This document shows, piece by piece, positions 1 to 13,498 of a DNA stretch of 64,000 nucleotides. This stretch comes from Felis catus (Eukaryota). The first letter of the stretch is position 1. Every line of letters starts with the position of its first letter. The notes below the pieces were generated by a model that was not told the DNA's origin, did no database searches, and saw only the letters and a program-made list of their open reading frames with translations. A program made the translations under genes and the position numbers. The DNA lies in the NCBI RefSeq assembly GCF_018350175.1, contig NC_058368.1, forward strand, positions 205,284,001-205,348,000, given 5' to 3'.

Positions 1-131
1 ATACACTATTGAGTTTAAATTGTTATTATCATTATTTTTGTACTTATTTGTATTTTTATTTTTCCATGCCTGATTTCTAGCATCCAATGCCTGCCCTGAA
101 GCCATTTACATATTTTTAAGAATTGCATGAC

Positions 132-235
132 CTGAGGCCCTATGTCTGATAGAAGATACGATGACAAACTGCGTTCTTCTCAGGCAATTGCTTCAGATTT
201 CCGTTAGACATACATGGCATAGCTGTTCTCAGTCT
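132..235 (-). pseudogene. Candidate fossil exon
   Basis: Acceptor ttatttatgtccattag|, donor CAG|gtcatg; reads TENSYAMYV*RKSEAIA*EERSLSSYLLSDIGPQ; both stops are one C>T change from CAA/CGA. Confidence 0.35.
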
Positions 236-459
236 CTAATGGACATAAATAAGGCAGAATAAATCGGTTCTTTATTTGGTAAATGGGAAGATCCTAAATT
301 ACTTTCTTTGTGTCTCCCAGTGTGAACTAGAAATAAAAGGCACATTTTCCTTTGTACAGTCTATTGCCTGAAGTGTAGAGAAAATGAGTAATATCATTTG
401 AAACACTATCTAAATAATGCTGCTTAATTAGTTTTCTGCTTTAATTTCATATCACTCTC

Positions 460-1340
460 TTTAGCAATTTAATGTTTTTGGCTGCAAGTAACAGACCAAC
501 ATTATAGAAATGTAAAGACCTTTATTTCAACAAAGAGGGTTGTATAAAAAAAAGAAAACGTTTGCACTACCGGTAGATAGAATTTTTAAATGAGTGTCAT
601 GATTTAGTAACCAGATCCAAACATACATTTATTTCTTCCCTTGTGATCTTTTTTCAAATATTAACCATTACAACAAAATATTAAAATAGTCTGATTTTAC
701 AAATAGACCATTAATTGTGTATTAGAAAATGTTTTAAAAAGAACTTTTTAAAAGTTGCATGTTCAATTTTTATTTCTCAAAATATTATATATTAATAACA
801 TCTTAATATGTTAGTGAGAATACAATGTTTCTGTATCACTAATAAAAGAAAATAAAAATATTATTTATCTAAAATTATAAAAAAGAAGTAACTATATAGG
901 TGATTGCAAGGTTGGTTTGTGGTTTGATTATGCCAAGAAGGATCTAGACCTTTAAGTTTTCTATTCTGTTACCCTTGTGCTGCGGTTATGTCTCTTCTCA
1001 TGGTTGCAGCATGACTGTTAAAGTTCCAAGCATCATGCAATTCTATAACAGCATCCCAGGAAGAAAAGATAAAGATGGAGGGAAATAGAGCGTTCCTCCT
1101 AGATCTCTTTCTATCAGAAAGGATTATCTTTTGCAGAATTCCCAATAGATTTCTCTTTGTATCTCATTGCTCAGAACTGGGTTATATGCTACTTCTGGCT
1201 GCAAGAGACTTTAAGAAAGTGAGTATCTCTTTTTTCGGCTCTAGCTGCAGGCGGGCATAAAAATGGGAATGGGGATGGTGGTGGGGGGCGGGAGGGAGCT
1301 GGAGAAAAGGAATTGGGAATGGCTAATAGATTAAAAACAA
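460..1340. mobile_element. Degraded ERVL-MaLR (MLT1-type) LTR fragments
   Basis: Motifs ggctgcaagtaacaga, tctcatggttgcagcatgactg and tctcattgctcagaactgggttatatg resemble old MLT1 LTRs; boundaries approximate. Confidence 0.45.
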
Positions 1341-1737
1341 ACACTATCCTGTTTCACTGCTCTATTTTTCTTTTAATTAATTAATACGTTTGATTTTTTT
1401 CTATTTTTCCTTTGTGCTTATCCAAGTTGATATCAGTTTTCCCTTATAGGACTTAATACTTCTATCCAAACACTTTTAATGTTTTTCCTGATTCATTGAG
1501 TACATCCCAGCCAGTCCCTTTTAACTTGCTTGGCTTTCTTTTGTGCCATCACTTTGAGGGCAAGTCTCAGCTTCTGTTTCTAACATAAATACTAGGTGGT
1601 CGCCACATTCCAAATAGTTCATCACACTTGAGATGTTTTCAGTCACTTGCTTCAAAACATAATCTCATGAGATCAGACTCTCCATTCTCCTGTTATTTCC
1701 AAAAGCACACTTTAGTGCTCATGTTTCCATGGCATAC

Positions 1738-1835
1738 TTTTTCCCTTAGCAATATCAGATTAATGAAATTCCCTCTGACCATTCTTCTGTCAGAGTAGAA
1801 AGAGTCAAGGTCAGAATCTTCTTTCCAGCCTCTGA
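1738..1835 (-). pseudogene. Candidate fossil exon
   Basis: Branch-like ctcctaat plus acceptor ttctactttag|, donor AAA|gtatgc; open frame RGWKEDSDLDSFYSDRRMVRGNFINLILLREK. Confidence 0.3.
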
Positions 1836-2235
1836 CTAAAGTAGAATTGGCATTAGGAGAGTGCCATATTAATACATTCATGCTTAGATAAAAGAGATTC
1901 TTACGAAACTGAGCTTGGATTTAGACAAATATAGGTATATCTGATAAATTGTGAGCATCACCAGCCTGAAGGCATGGGTTGATGTGAGTACAGAGAAAAA
2001 GGCAAAGGCTTTTATGTATTTTTTACTACAAAATCACCCTCAAAATTAACAACTGTGATGTCATCTATATGTGCCAAGGGCCAACTCTTCTCTGGATTAA
2101 CTTCCATGTCCAATATAATTTTTTAAAGGAAAAGTGATGAAAATATGCCAGTTTTAAGTCTTCCCCCACCAACATACATACACACAATTAATCTCAACAG
2201 TATTCCCCAAAATTACTTAGAATTTAGGCCAACTT

Positions 2236-2461
2236 GGGGCGCCTGGGTGGCTCAGTCGGTTAAGCGGCCGACTTCGGCTCAGGTCACGATCTCGCGGTCC
2301 GTGAGTTCGAGCCCCGCATCGGGCTCTGTGCTGACAGCTCGGAGCCTGGAGCCTGTTTCAGATTCTGTGTCTCGCTCTCTCTGACCCTCCCCCATTCGTG
2401 CTCTGTCTCTCTCTGTCTCAAAAATAAATAAACGTTAAAAAAAAAAAACTATAAAAAGAAA
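2236..2461 (+). mobile_element. Can-SINE (SINEC_Fc-like)
   Basis: ggggcgcctgggtggctcagtcggttaag head, CT-rich region, A-tail; TSD agaatttaggccaac at 2219 and 2462. Confidence 0.95.
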
Positions 2462-2505
2462 AGAATTTAGGCCAACAAAAGACTTTTTCAGAAAGGAATA
2501 TTTAT

Positions 2506-2719
2506 AATTTTTTTTTTCAACGTTTATTTACTTTTGGGACAGAGAGAGAGAGAGCATGAACAGGCGAGGGGCAGAGAGAGAGGGAGACACAGAATCGAAA
2601 CAGGCTCCAGGCTCTGAGCCATCAGCCCAGAGCCCGACGCGGGGCTCGAACTCACGGATCATGAGATCGTGACCTGGCTGAAGTCGGACGCTTAACCGAC
2701 TGCGCCACCCAGGCGCCCC
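2506..2719 (-). mobile_element. Young felid Can-SINE (SINEC_Fc)
   Basis: Reverse complement of ggggcgcctgggtggcgcagtcggttaagcgtccgacttcagccagg; TSD cagaaaggaatatttat on both sides. Confidence 0.95.
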
Positions 2720-3983
2720 CAGAAAGGAATATTTATTACTAAGTCTGTGACATTGTTTACTGTTGCTGTACATGGTGATAATAAAAATAAGGCCATTTTT
2801 AGTCAGTTTTATTCCTATTTCTAAATTCTCTACAGATAATGCTCCCCTCCCCCCAACTGCCTGTACTTGGAGCTGATCATGACTACTATCCCATCCTTGG
2901 TATGTCACTAGGGGAAATGAAGACATTTTGTATGTTCACATTGTGGAAGAATTGTCTCAGTGTTTGTATATAATATATCAGAGGCAGATATTCCTTAATT
3001 TATGGATAAAAAAAAACTAGGGCTAAGAAAAGTTTATGAAGTAATTAGCAAATCGAGAATAAGTCAGATTCATCAGGTTCCAAAACCCATGCTTTCTAAT
3101 GGATACCAACTAGTTTTTAAGAACTCATGAGACTTGGATTCTAGTCTCAAACCTCCTGTTCCTGATCTGGAAAAGAGCACCCTTGGGTGAACTGATACCT
3201 ATGATCTCTTTTAGCTAAAAAATTGAACTATCTTTTTTGGGTACTCTCTATGGCTCAACCATTAAGGTAAGGATTTTACATATGTTACTTATTTAAAAAC
3301 AAAAACTAAAAAAAAGCTAGTAAAGTAGGGGAGAAAATTAAGATGCAGAAAGGTTAAATAAAATGCTGAGGGAACTCTAGAGTTAGCAAATAGTGGAACT
3401 GAGATTTAAATTCAGACCTATCTGGTTCATGAGGACACATACTTAACCTAAAATACCTATTGCTTTAAAGAAATTGTTCTCAATTAGAGATGTATGTCAA
3501 AATATGTAGAGTTAAAGGGTGGATTTTTAAAAGCATATTGAACATTACAGATTATTTTATAGTCACATTTCATAAATATATTTTATAGGACAAATTCTAG
3601 AAATTATTCCCATCTGTTATATTCATAGATAAAGGAAATGTCAACATATGTAGAGTCAGAAGCTAGAGAGAGACATAAGTTTGATTCTCTCCAGAATTTA
3701 AAAATCATAATGAACAAATCAAAACTTCCAGGCCTAAGCATGAAGAAATGAGAATACAGAAGGGTGAGGGTGATGTGTGGAAGCTTCTTCACTGAATGTT
3801 TTTTCCTGAGGATTGAAATCACACTTGCCTCAACTGAGTTAAATTTCTATCCTTCTACAGACATTGACAGTCTTGATATTTTTGTCTTTTTTGTAATTCC
3901 ATCTGGTTATCCTATAATATGTATAGGCTACAGCGGTAAAAAGATGGTTACATATTCTATCTTCATGGAGCAAATGGTCTTAC

Positions 3984-4119
3984 ATGTAGGAAAGCTTATA
4001 AACCAATCTCAGACTCTTTCTGCAGCTGAGTGGGATGTCATTGGCAAGTATTGAATTCATAGAGAATTTCCTTGCTGATGTGCAGTCCTGGCCAGAAGCC
4101 ACATTAACTTTTTTCATCT
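3984..4119 (-). pseudogene. Candidate fossil exon
   Basis: Acceptor gcttttccccag|, donor CAT|gtaaga; open frame MKKVNVASGQDCTSARKFSMNSILANDIPLSCRKSLRLVYKLSY, phase-compatible with the exon ending at 5794. Confidence 0.45.
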
Positions 4120-5209
4120 CTGGGGAAAAGCTGGCAAGAAGCAAGGTGCCAAAGCTAAACTTTACCTACTTCAAGTTTTGCCAGGGAACAGCCCTGTTTG
4201 CTCCCAACTCAACACAAGCTCATAAAATCTATTTCTGTCCTGTGGCACTTGAACAGATGTCGCTTATTGGGAATTTGTCTGGACTAGAGATGAGAATGAA
4301 GGTGAGAATAGAGGAAAGGATAGATTCAAGGATCATTATGAAGGAAAAATTGTTTGGTGAGTGACTGGATGTGGATGCCAATGATTAAAAAAAAAAAGCA
4401 AAGATTCCACTTTTTAGCTTGGGTGGTTTGAGAATGGTTGTCATTTGATAGAAATATCAGCCAACAAGATAATTTGAGATGTACTTTGGATAAAATGATA
4501 AGAACACCTATGTGGAAACATGAACAGATATATGTTCAACATCACAAAATTAGGGTAAAAAGTGACATTCATGTTCCTTTTAATATTTGAATCAAAGTCT
4601 ACATAATCTTCTCTCCCCAACTACAATCTTTAATCCCATAATAGCCCACTCAGTTTCACATGTGATTCTAGATACTTATGGAGAAAAAGTAAAAAATTTA
4701 GTCAATTCCCTATAGGATTTCTGTTCTTTGCTTCTCGAGAACTACATAACATTACTGAGTACTGCTTTATAACAGGTACCATTTTAAGTTTTCACATGTA
4801 TTTGTGCATATAATCTTCACAAAAAACACAAGAAGGAGGTATCATCACACCCATTTTGCTTATGAAGTTACCAAAGCCCAGAGCCAGGAGTTACACACAA
4901 CCTGTCTAGATTCAGAGACCTTATCCTTCCTTGTCTCTTGTACTCTGCTGCCTCTATCCTCATGGACAGTTGTGGTACCTGGTGATGTATTGGGAACAAG
5001 CAGTATAGCAACCTGTCACAATCCTTGTTCCCTGCTGGGAGTTCAGTGGTGATCTAAGGCTTGTCTGACCCCCAAAGCACAGTAGAAACCCATTCCTGGT
5101 TTGCTGCCCAAATTCAAAATGACTAGGGCACTCACTGCCACCAAAATCTAGGGTCCCAGGGCCTATGTGGCTCCCAACTCAATAAAGATGGTGCCTAATA
5201 AAAGATTCC

Positions 5210-5420
5210 TGGGACACCTGGGTGGCTTAGTCAGATAAACATCTGACTCTTGGTTTGGGCTCAGGTCATTATCTCACAGTTCATGAGTACAAGCTCCACA
5301 TTGGGTTCCACACTCACAGCACAGACCCTGCCTGGGATTCTTTCTCTGCCTCTCTCTCTCCCTCTTTCTCTCTTTCTGTCTCTCTCTCTCTCAAAATAAA
5401 TAAATAAACATTTAAAAAAA
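5210..5420 (+). mobile_element. Can-SINE (older subfamily)
   Basis: gggacacctgggtggcttagtcag head, CT tract, aataaa tail; TSD aaaagattc. Confidence 0.9.
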
Positions 5421-5524
5421 GATTCTCCTCTCTGCTCTCACTGGAAAAATATATTTCTCAGAGTATGCCCCTGCATCTGGTCAGGGTATCCAATGTTACA
5501 CCTCTTGAGTGACACAGATCTTTC

Positions 5525-5527
<3 letters not shown>

Positions 5528-5559
<32 letters not shown>
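5528..5559. repeat. (CA)n microsatellite
   Basis: Pure CA run. Confidence 0.95.
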
Positions 5560-5561
<2 letters not shown>

Positions 5562-5793
5562 AAGAGGCATCTATACAGCAGGGTTTCCAGCCTTCTCCCT
5601 GGACATCATAGGCCCTGGAGTTGTGTCCCAGACCCCTTGGAGAACCTGTGTCTAATTCTTGATATTTGCTCTTAGTTAGGGTCCTTAAACCCATCAAATA
5701 TTCTAATAATATTGAGCTTCAAGGAAAAAGCAATCTATTGTCTCCGTATATGTCCTCCTATGGTCTACTTGAATTCTATGTAAATTTACTCAC

Positions 5794-5845
5794 CTTCCTG
5801 AATTTCCCTCAACTTATTTTGAGCTTGGCATATTGAGTAATTGTT
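5794..5845 (-). pseudogene. Candidate fossil exon (5' boundary uncertain)
   Basis: Strong donor GAAG|gtgagt; reads NNYSICQAQNKLREIQE. Confidence 0.4.
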
Positions 5846-6194
5846 CTCAAAACAAAGAACGTCCACCCACAAGTAAAAGAAACCATTAAGAAATTTGACA
5901 TGGTCAATTCTTTAATTAAAAAATAATTCTTAAAGGTTTCCTTTGTTGCATATACCCTACCTAGGAATGGAACCTAAGTAAGAGGCAAGAACGTGCCAGC
6001 GCAGCTTATTAGGAAATTCTTCCATAGACTTAACCTAAATCCATGAGTAATATAGTTTATTATAATGAATATCAATTAGAATCATCTATAGTAGTTCAAT
6101 AAATATTTATTAAATATTTATATGATCCAGGCACATGTGCCAGATGATGGGACTTTGAGGATGAAGATATTGTTCCAGTCATCAAGACTCATTT

Positions 6195-6900
6195 TGTTAC
6201 ACCCATGAGAATGGCTATTATTACAAAAATTAAGAAGAAAGTAATGAGTGTTTGACAAGGATGTGGAAAAATTCGAAGCCTTTTGCATTGCTGGCAGAGA
6301 CATATAATGGTACAATCACTATGGAAAACAGTATGGCCAGTTCCACAAATAATTAAAAATTACTTACTATAATAGTCCAGCCAACTCCTCTTCTGGATAT
6401 ATACCCAAGTAAATTGAAACAGGGACTTGAACAGAAATTTATATGCCTGTATTCATAGCAGCATTTTCACAATAGCCAAAAGGTAGAAGCAACCCAAGTG
6501 TCCATCAACAGATGAAGGGATAAACAAAATGTGGTATAAACACACAGTGGAATATTAATCAGTCTAAAAAAGAAGTAAATTCTAATATACAACAAAATGT
6601 ATGAAACTTAAAGATATCATATTAAGTGAAATAAACTAGGCACAAAGGGGCAAATATTGCATTACCTCACTTATATAAAATACCAAAGAGTAGTCAAATT
6701 CATAGACATAAAAAGAATGATTGTTGCCAGGGAATGGAAGGAGGGAGAAGTGGGCAGTAGGGAGTTATTGTTTAATGGATCTTGGGCTTCAATTTGGGAA
6801 GATGGAGAGTTCTCTGGAGGGTGGTGGTGATAATAGCACTATAATGTGAATGTTATGTGTGTTTTAGCAAAATTTAAAAAATTTTTATTTTAATTAAATA
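6195..6900 (+). mobile_element. Old L1 (L1M-type) 3' end fragment
   Basis: ORF2 C-terminal/3'UTR motifs: cactatggaaaacagtatgg, aacccaagtgtccatcaacagatga, gtagtcaaattcatagac. Confidence 0.8.
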
Positions 6901-9485
6901 ATTTAGCCTGGCGTGGGGAAAAGACTGATAAACAAGCAAGTATTTAACAGTCCCATGAGTGTTAACACAGTGATAATGCAGCATAGGTTCTACATCCTGA
7001 ATTAGGGTCTACATGCCTAACACTTTCCACAAGTAGCCCTTTAATTTAAAGTCAGAAGATAGATCAATGTTTCAAGGAAAAGTTAAGATGATGGAGGAGT
7101 AAGGGGAAGCTAGGCTTGCCTCATCCTTTGAACACATATTTGATAAATATCAAATTATTATGAACACCCAAGAAATCGATCTGAGAACTGAAAGAACAAA
7201 ATTGCACAACTAGACATAGAAAAAACGACCAGATAGTGGAAGACAGGAGTTGCAGACAGTTGATTTGGGGGAGAGAAGAGCTGCAGGCACCACAAAGGAG
7301 AGGGAGCCATGATCAGAGAGAGAGAAGCAAGACAGAAGAATGAAAGCATATTAAGGGAACTGCACAAGAAAAATTCTTCTCCAAAACAATTGACTGGGGA
7401 AAGGGAGAGGGGCTGAATACCACAAGTTTTTATAAGCAGCTGAGTGCAGAGTGTGAAGTTTCACAGGTCTGTGCCATTGCCATGGTTGTGCCTGGCAGGC
7501 TTGGTGGTGTTCCCGGGGGGAAGGAAGGCAGAGACTCAGGAGCAGGCAGTGTGGTCTGAGGATCTCCTGGATTGCAGGTGCAGAAATAGTTCCCCTGCTT
7601 GGAGTGCATTTGGGAGTGGCAGCACATCCTCTCAGGGAGCAAAAGAACTGGCAGTGCCAGCATGGTGCCCTATTCCTTAGCATTGGAACAAAGACACCAG
7701 CTGAGGGCAGCAAACCTCAGTGCCAGCTTTTAGCTGCACTTTACCATAAACTTGGAATTGTTGCCCAGTGGAGCAACTGATTTCTAGGAAAAGCTGGCCC
7801 TGGCCACAGCACAGCCAGATCCTCCTCCCCTCACCCCCAGAGAATCAGCAGGGGTCTGCACCACATAGATCTCTAAAATTTGGAGTAGTGATACCCAGTA
7901 GCACTTGAGGTAAAACAAAGGAGTGCTTTGCTGCCTGGCAGGTGGACAGCCTGGACACAGGCAGGGTGAAAGTGGGGATCTAACAGAAGCCAGAGACATA
8001 AGAGAGGTACTTATTTGCTCTTTTGTGAGGGCTTCCTGAAGAATGAAGGGTACAGGCTCCCCACGCTGGGGAGGCAAGAGCAGGGTGACACCATTTCCCT
8101 CCCTGCCCATTAGCACTCACCAACTTCAGGGAGCAAACAGCGCCAACAAGTGGAGGCCCCAGCCACTTACACCAAGCCCTGTATCCCTGCTTCCTGCAGA
8201 TGCATCTCCACTCAGGCAAGTGAGCTGGAGAATCACAGCAGCAGGCCCGTCCCTGAGAACACCAGCACAAACTCCTTGCACACACCAAGTCTACCGGTCA
8301 TAGAGTGCTGCTAAGCTTCACCTCTAGAGAAAATAAGATCAAGCGTCCTTTTTTTTGATCTAGCTTCTTTTAATAAGTGACCAAAACACACTGAGGATCT
8401 AGCTTCCTTTTTTTTTTTTTTTTTCTTAAACCTCTTCTTAATACAGCCATTACTCCCAGGAACATGAATACAATAGACTTTCCTAGTAATCACACACAAA
8501 AAACACAGTGACCCAGACAAAATGACAAGATGGAGGAATTCACTCCAAAAGGAAGATCAGGAAGAAGTCATAGCCAGGGATTTAATCAATACAGATATAA
8601 GTAAGATGTCTGAATCAGAATTTAAAACAATAATGATAAGGACACTAGCTGGGCTTCAGAAAAACACAGAAGACACTAGAGAACACCTCACTGCAGAGAT
8701 AAAAGAACAAAAACTAGTCAGGCCAAAATAAAAAATGCTATAACCGACATGCAAAACCAAATGAATGTAATGACAACGAGGATGATGAAGCAGAGAAAAG
8801 AATCACTAACACATAAGACAAAACTATGGAAAATAATAAAGCTGAAAAAAAGAGGGAAAGAAAGGTATCATGAAGATAGACTTAGGGAACTCAGTGACTC
8901 CATAGAGTATAATAACATTCATATAATAGGAGTCCCAGAAGTAGAAAAAAAGGGGAGCATAAGGTTTATTTGAGCAAATTATAGCTGAAAACTTCCCATA
9001 ATGTGGGGAAGGACACAGACATTGAAACCCAAGAAGCACAGAGAACTCCCCTTAAATTCAACAAAAGTGGGCCATCACCAAGACATATCATAGTCAAATT
9101 CACAAAATACACAGACAAGGAATGAATCCTGAAAACAGCAGGGTGGGGGGTGGGGGGGAGTCCTTAACCTAAAAGGGAAGACAGCTTAGGTTCACAGAAG
9201 ACTGTCTGCAGAAACTTGGCAGGCCAGAAAGGAGTGGCAGGATATATTCAATGTGCTGAATGGGAAAAATATGCAGCCAAGAATACTTTATTCAGTAAAG
9301 TTGTCATTCAGAATAAAGAGTTCCCCAGACAAAAAAATAAATAAATAATAATAATAATAAAGGAATTCGTGACCAACAAACCAGCACTGCAAAAAATATT
9401 AAAGGGGACTTTTGAGTGGAAAAAAAAAAAGACCAAAGGCAACAAAGACTAGCAAGGAACAGAGAACATCATCAGAAACACCAAC

Positions 9486-9712
9486 TTTTTTCTTTTTTAA
9501 TTTTTTTTAACGTTTATTTATTTTTTTGACAGAGAGAGACAGAGCACGAATGGGGGAAGGGCAGAGAGAGAGGGAGACACAGAATCGGAAGCAGGCTCCA
9601 GGCTCTGAGCAATCAGCCCAGAGCCTGACGCGGGGCTCGAACTCACAGACCGCGAGATCGCGACCTGAGCTGAAGTCAGACGCTTAACCGACTGAGCCAC
9701 CCAGGCTACCCC
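9486..9712 (-). mobile_element. Can-SINE nested in L1
   Basis: Reverse SINE; TSD agaaacaccaacttt. Confidence 0.93.
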
Positions 9713-9832
9713 AGAAACACCAACTTTACAGCTAACAGAATGGCACTAAATTCATACCTTTCAATAATCACTCTGAATATAAATGGACTAAATGCTCCAA
9801 TCAAAAGACATGCTAGGGTATCAGAATGGATT

Positions 9833-9836
<4 letters not shown>

Positions 9837-9876
<40 letters not shown>
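9837..9876. repeat. (GA)n microsatellite inside L1 ORF2
   Basis: Pure AG run. Confidence 0.95.
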
Positions 9877-9879
<3 letters not shown>

Positions 9880-10021
9880 CATCAATATGCTGGCTAGAGG
9901 AGACTCATTTTATACTTAAAGGCATCTGCAGACTGAAAGTGAGGAAATGGAGAACCATCTAACATGCTAATGGATGCCAAAAGAAAGCTGGTGGAGCCAT
10001 ACTTATATCAGATAAACTAGA

Positions 10022-10243
10022 TTTTATTTTTTACTTTTTATTTTTGTATTTGGTATAGAGATCATGTGCAAGTGGGGGAGGGGGCAGAGAGAGAGAGAGG
10101 AGAGGAGAGAGACAGAGAGAATCTTAAGCAGGCTGCAGGCTCAGCACAGAGCCTTAGGCGGGGCTTGGTCCCACAATCCTTGGATCATGACCTGAACTGA
10201 AATCAAGACTCAGATGCCCAACTGACTGGGCCATCCAGGCACC
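10022..10243 (-). mobile_element. Can-SINE at an L1 ORF2 deletion junction
   Basis: Reverse SINE ending caggcaccc; no TSD visible; the flanking L1 sequence is non-contiguous. Confidence 0.85.
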
Positions 10244-12524
10244 CTAAGTACAGAGACTGAGATCATACCATGCATATTTTCAGACCACAACACTATGAAA
10301 CTTGAAGTTAACCACAAGAAAAAATTCAGAAGTACCATAAATACATGGAGATTAAGCTAGCAGGAGGGAAATAATGAAGATTAGAGCAGAAATAAACAAC
10401 ACAGAAACAAACAAACAAAAAACAATTAGAACACATCAACAAAACTGAGAGATGGTTCTCTGTAAGAATTAATAAAATTGATAAGCCCCTAGCCAGACTT
10501 ACCAGAAAGAAAAGAGAAAGGACCCAAATAGATAAAATCATGGTGGAAAGAGGAGAGATCACAACCAACACCACCATTGTAAGAGAATACCATGAAAAAT
10601 CATATGCCAACAAACTGGACAATCTGAAAGAAATGGACAAATTCCTAGAAACTCACAGGAAGAAATCAAAAATTTGAACACACTTATAACCAGGAAAGAA
10701 ATTGAATCAATGATCAAAAATCTCCCAACAAACAAAACTCTCTCCAGGTGGCTTCCCTGGAAAATTCTACCAGACATGTAAAGCAAAGTTAATACCTTTC
10801 CTTTTCAATCTGTTCCAAAAAACATAAATGGAAGGAAAACTTCCAAATTCATTCCATGAGGCCAGCATTACCTTGATTCCAAAACCAAAGACCCCACCAC
10901 ATAAGAGAATTATAGGCCAATATTCCTTATGAACATCGATGCAAAAATTCTCAATAAGATACTAACAAATAGAATCCAACAGTACATTAAAAGAATTATT
11001 CACCATAATAAAGTGGTATTTATTCCTGGGCTACAGGGCTGGTTCAATATCTGAAAATCAATCAATGTGATACACCACATTTAAAAAAAGAAAGGATAAG
11101 AACCATATGATCCCCTCAATAGATGAAGAAAAAGCATTTGACAAAATACAGCATCATTCTTGATAAAAACCCTCATACCTCAACATCATAAAAGCCATAT
11201 ACAAAAATAACCCACAGCTAATATCATCCTCAATGGAGAAAAACAGAGAGCTTTTCCTCTATGATTAGGATCAAGACATGGATGTCCACTCTCACCATTA
11301 CTATTTAACATAGTACTGGAAGTCTTAGCCTCAGCAATCAGACAACAAAAAGAAATAAAAGGCATTCAAATCAGCAAGGAAGAAGTCAAACTTTCACTAT
11401 TTACAGATAGCATGATACTTTATAGAAAACCTGAAAGACTTCACCAAAAAACTGCTAGAATTAATACATGAATTCAGCAAAGTCACAGGATATGAAATCA
11501 ATGTACAGAAATTGGTTGCATTTCTATACACCAATAATGAAGCAGCAGAAAAAGAAATAAAGGAATCAATCCCATTTACAATTGCACCAAAAACCATAAG
11601 ATTCCTAGGAATAAACCTAACCAAAGAGGTTAAGATCTGTACTCTGAAAACTATGTAACACTTATAAAGGAAATTGAAAAGGACACAAAGAAATGGAAAA
11701 AACATTATATGTTGATGGATTGGCAGAACAAATATTGCTAAAATGTCTATACTCTTCAAAGAAATCTATATATTTAATGCAATCCCTATCAAAATACCAC
11801 CCACATTTTTCACATGTTTTTTAGAACATAGAATCTAAAATTCGTATGGAACCATAAAAGACCCCAAATAGCCAAAGTAATCCTGAAAATGAAAAGCAAA
11901 GCAGGAGACCTCACAATTCCAACTTCAAGCTATATTACAAGCTGTAGTCATCAAGACAATATGGTATTGGCACAAAAACAGACACATATATCAATGGAAC
12001 AGAATTGAAAACCTAGAAATGGACCCACAACTATATGGTCAACTAATCTTCAATGAAGCAGGAAAGAATACCCAATGGAAAAAAGACAATCTCTTTACCA
12101 AATGGTGTTGGGAAGCCTCACAACAATACGCAGAAGAATGAAATTGAACCACTTTCTTACATCATACACAAAAATAAGTTCAAAATTGGATGAAAGACCT
12201 AAATGTGAGACAGGAAACCAAGAAAATCCTAGAGGAGAACACACCAGCGACCTCTTTGACCTCAGCTGGAGCCACTTCTTACTAGACATGTTGCCAGAGG
12301 TAAGAGAAACAAATGCAAACATTAACTATTGGGACTTCATCAAGATTTAAAAAAAAAAAAAACATAAAAAAAACCAAAAAACAAAACAAAACAAAACTTC
12401 TGCACAGCAAAGGAAACAATCAACAAACCTAAAAAGCAGCCAATGGAACAGGGAAAGATATTTGCTAAAGACATATCTGTTAAAGGGTTAGTATCCAAAA
12501 CCTATAAAGAACTTATCAAACTCA

Positions 12525-12659
12525 GGACACCTGAGTGGCTAAGCTGGTTACGCATCTGACTCTTAATTTCCGCTCAGGTCATGATCCCTGACCTGACATT
12601 TATTTGTGGAAGTGAGCCCTGCATTGGGCTCTGTGCTGACAGTGCAAAGCCAGCTTAGG

Positions 12660-12710
<51 letters not shown>

Positions 12711-12752
12711 CTCCCTTGCTTGTGTGCTCTCTTTCTCTCTCTCAGGGAAAAA
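12525..12752 (+). mobile_element. Can-SINE nested in L1
   Basis: ggacacctgagtggct head, long CT tract; TSD aagaac(t/a)tatcaaactca. Confidence 0.9.
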
Positions 12753-13259
12753 AAGAACATATCAAACTCAACACTCAAAAAACAAATAATCCAGTTAAGA
12801 AATGGTCAGAAGACATTAATAGACATTTTTTTCCAAAGAAGATATCCTAATCTAGATGGCTAACAGACACATGAAAAGATTCTCTACATTACTCATCATC
12901 AGGGAAATATAAATCAAAACCATGATGAAATACCACCTCACACCTGTCATTATGGCTAAAATTAACAACACAGGAAACAACAGATGTTGGCAAGGATGCA
13001 GAGAAAGGGGAAAACCCTCTTACACAGTTGGTGGGAATGCAAACTGGTGCAGCCATTCTGAAAAACAGTATGGAGTTTCCTCAAAAAGCTACAAATAGAA
13101 CTACCCTATGATCTAGCAATTGCACTACTAGGTATTTACCCACAGGATACAAAAATACACAGTCAAAGGGGTACATGCACCCCAGTGTTTATAGCAGTAT
13201 TATCAACAACAGCCAAACTATGGAAAGAACCCAAGTGTCTACTGACTGAAGAATGGATA

Positions 13260-13271
13260 AAGAATATGTGG

Positions 13272-13324
<53 letters not shown>

Positions 13325-13458
13325 AGTATATATATATCTATATATATATATATATATATAAAGAATATATATATTATATACATATAAAGAATATGTGGTG
13401 TGTGTATATATAGTATATATATAAAGAATATATATATTTATATATATAAAGAATATGT

Positions 13459-13495
<37 letters not shown>
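13260..13495. repeat. Compound (TA)n repeat with duplicated aaagaatatgtg units in L1 3' region
   Basis: TA runs interleaved with several aaagaatat(gtg) copies. Confidence 0.9.

Positions 13496-13498
<3 letters not shown>

Noticed and set aside
2145..2926. ORFs such as GAPGWRSRLSVRLQPGHDL recurring across the window
   Set aside because: Translations of Can-SINE copies.
3764..4364. Plus-strand ORFs of 96 and 109 aa as a gene
   Set aside because: No recognisable product; splice signals here are on the minus strand and the second ORF runs into repeat-like sequence.
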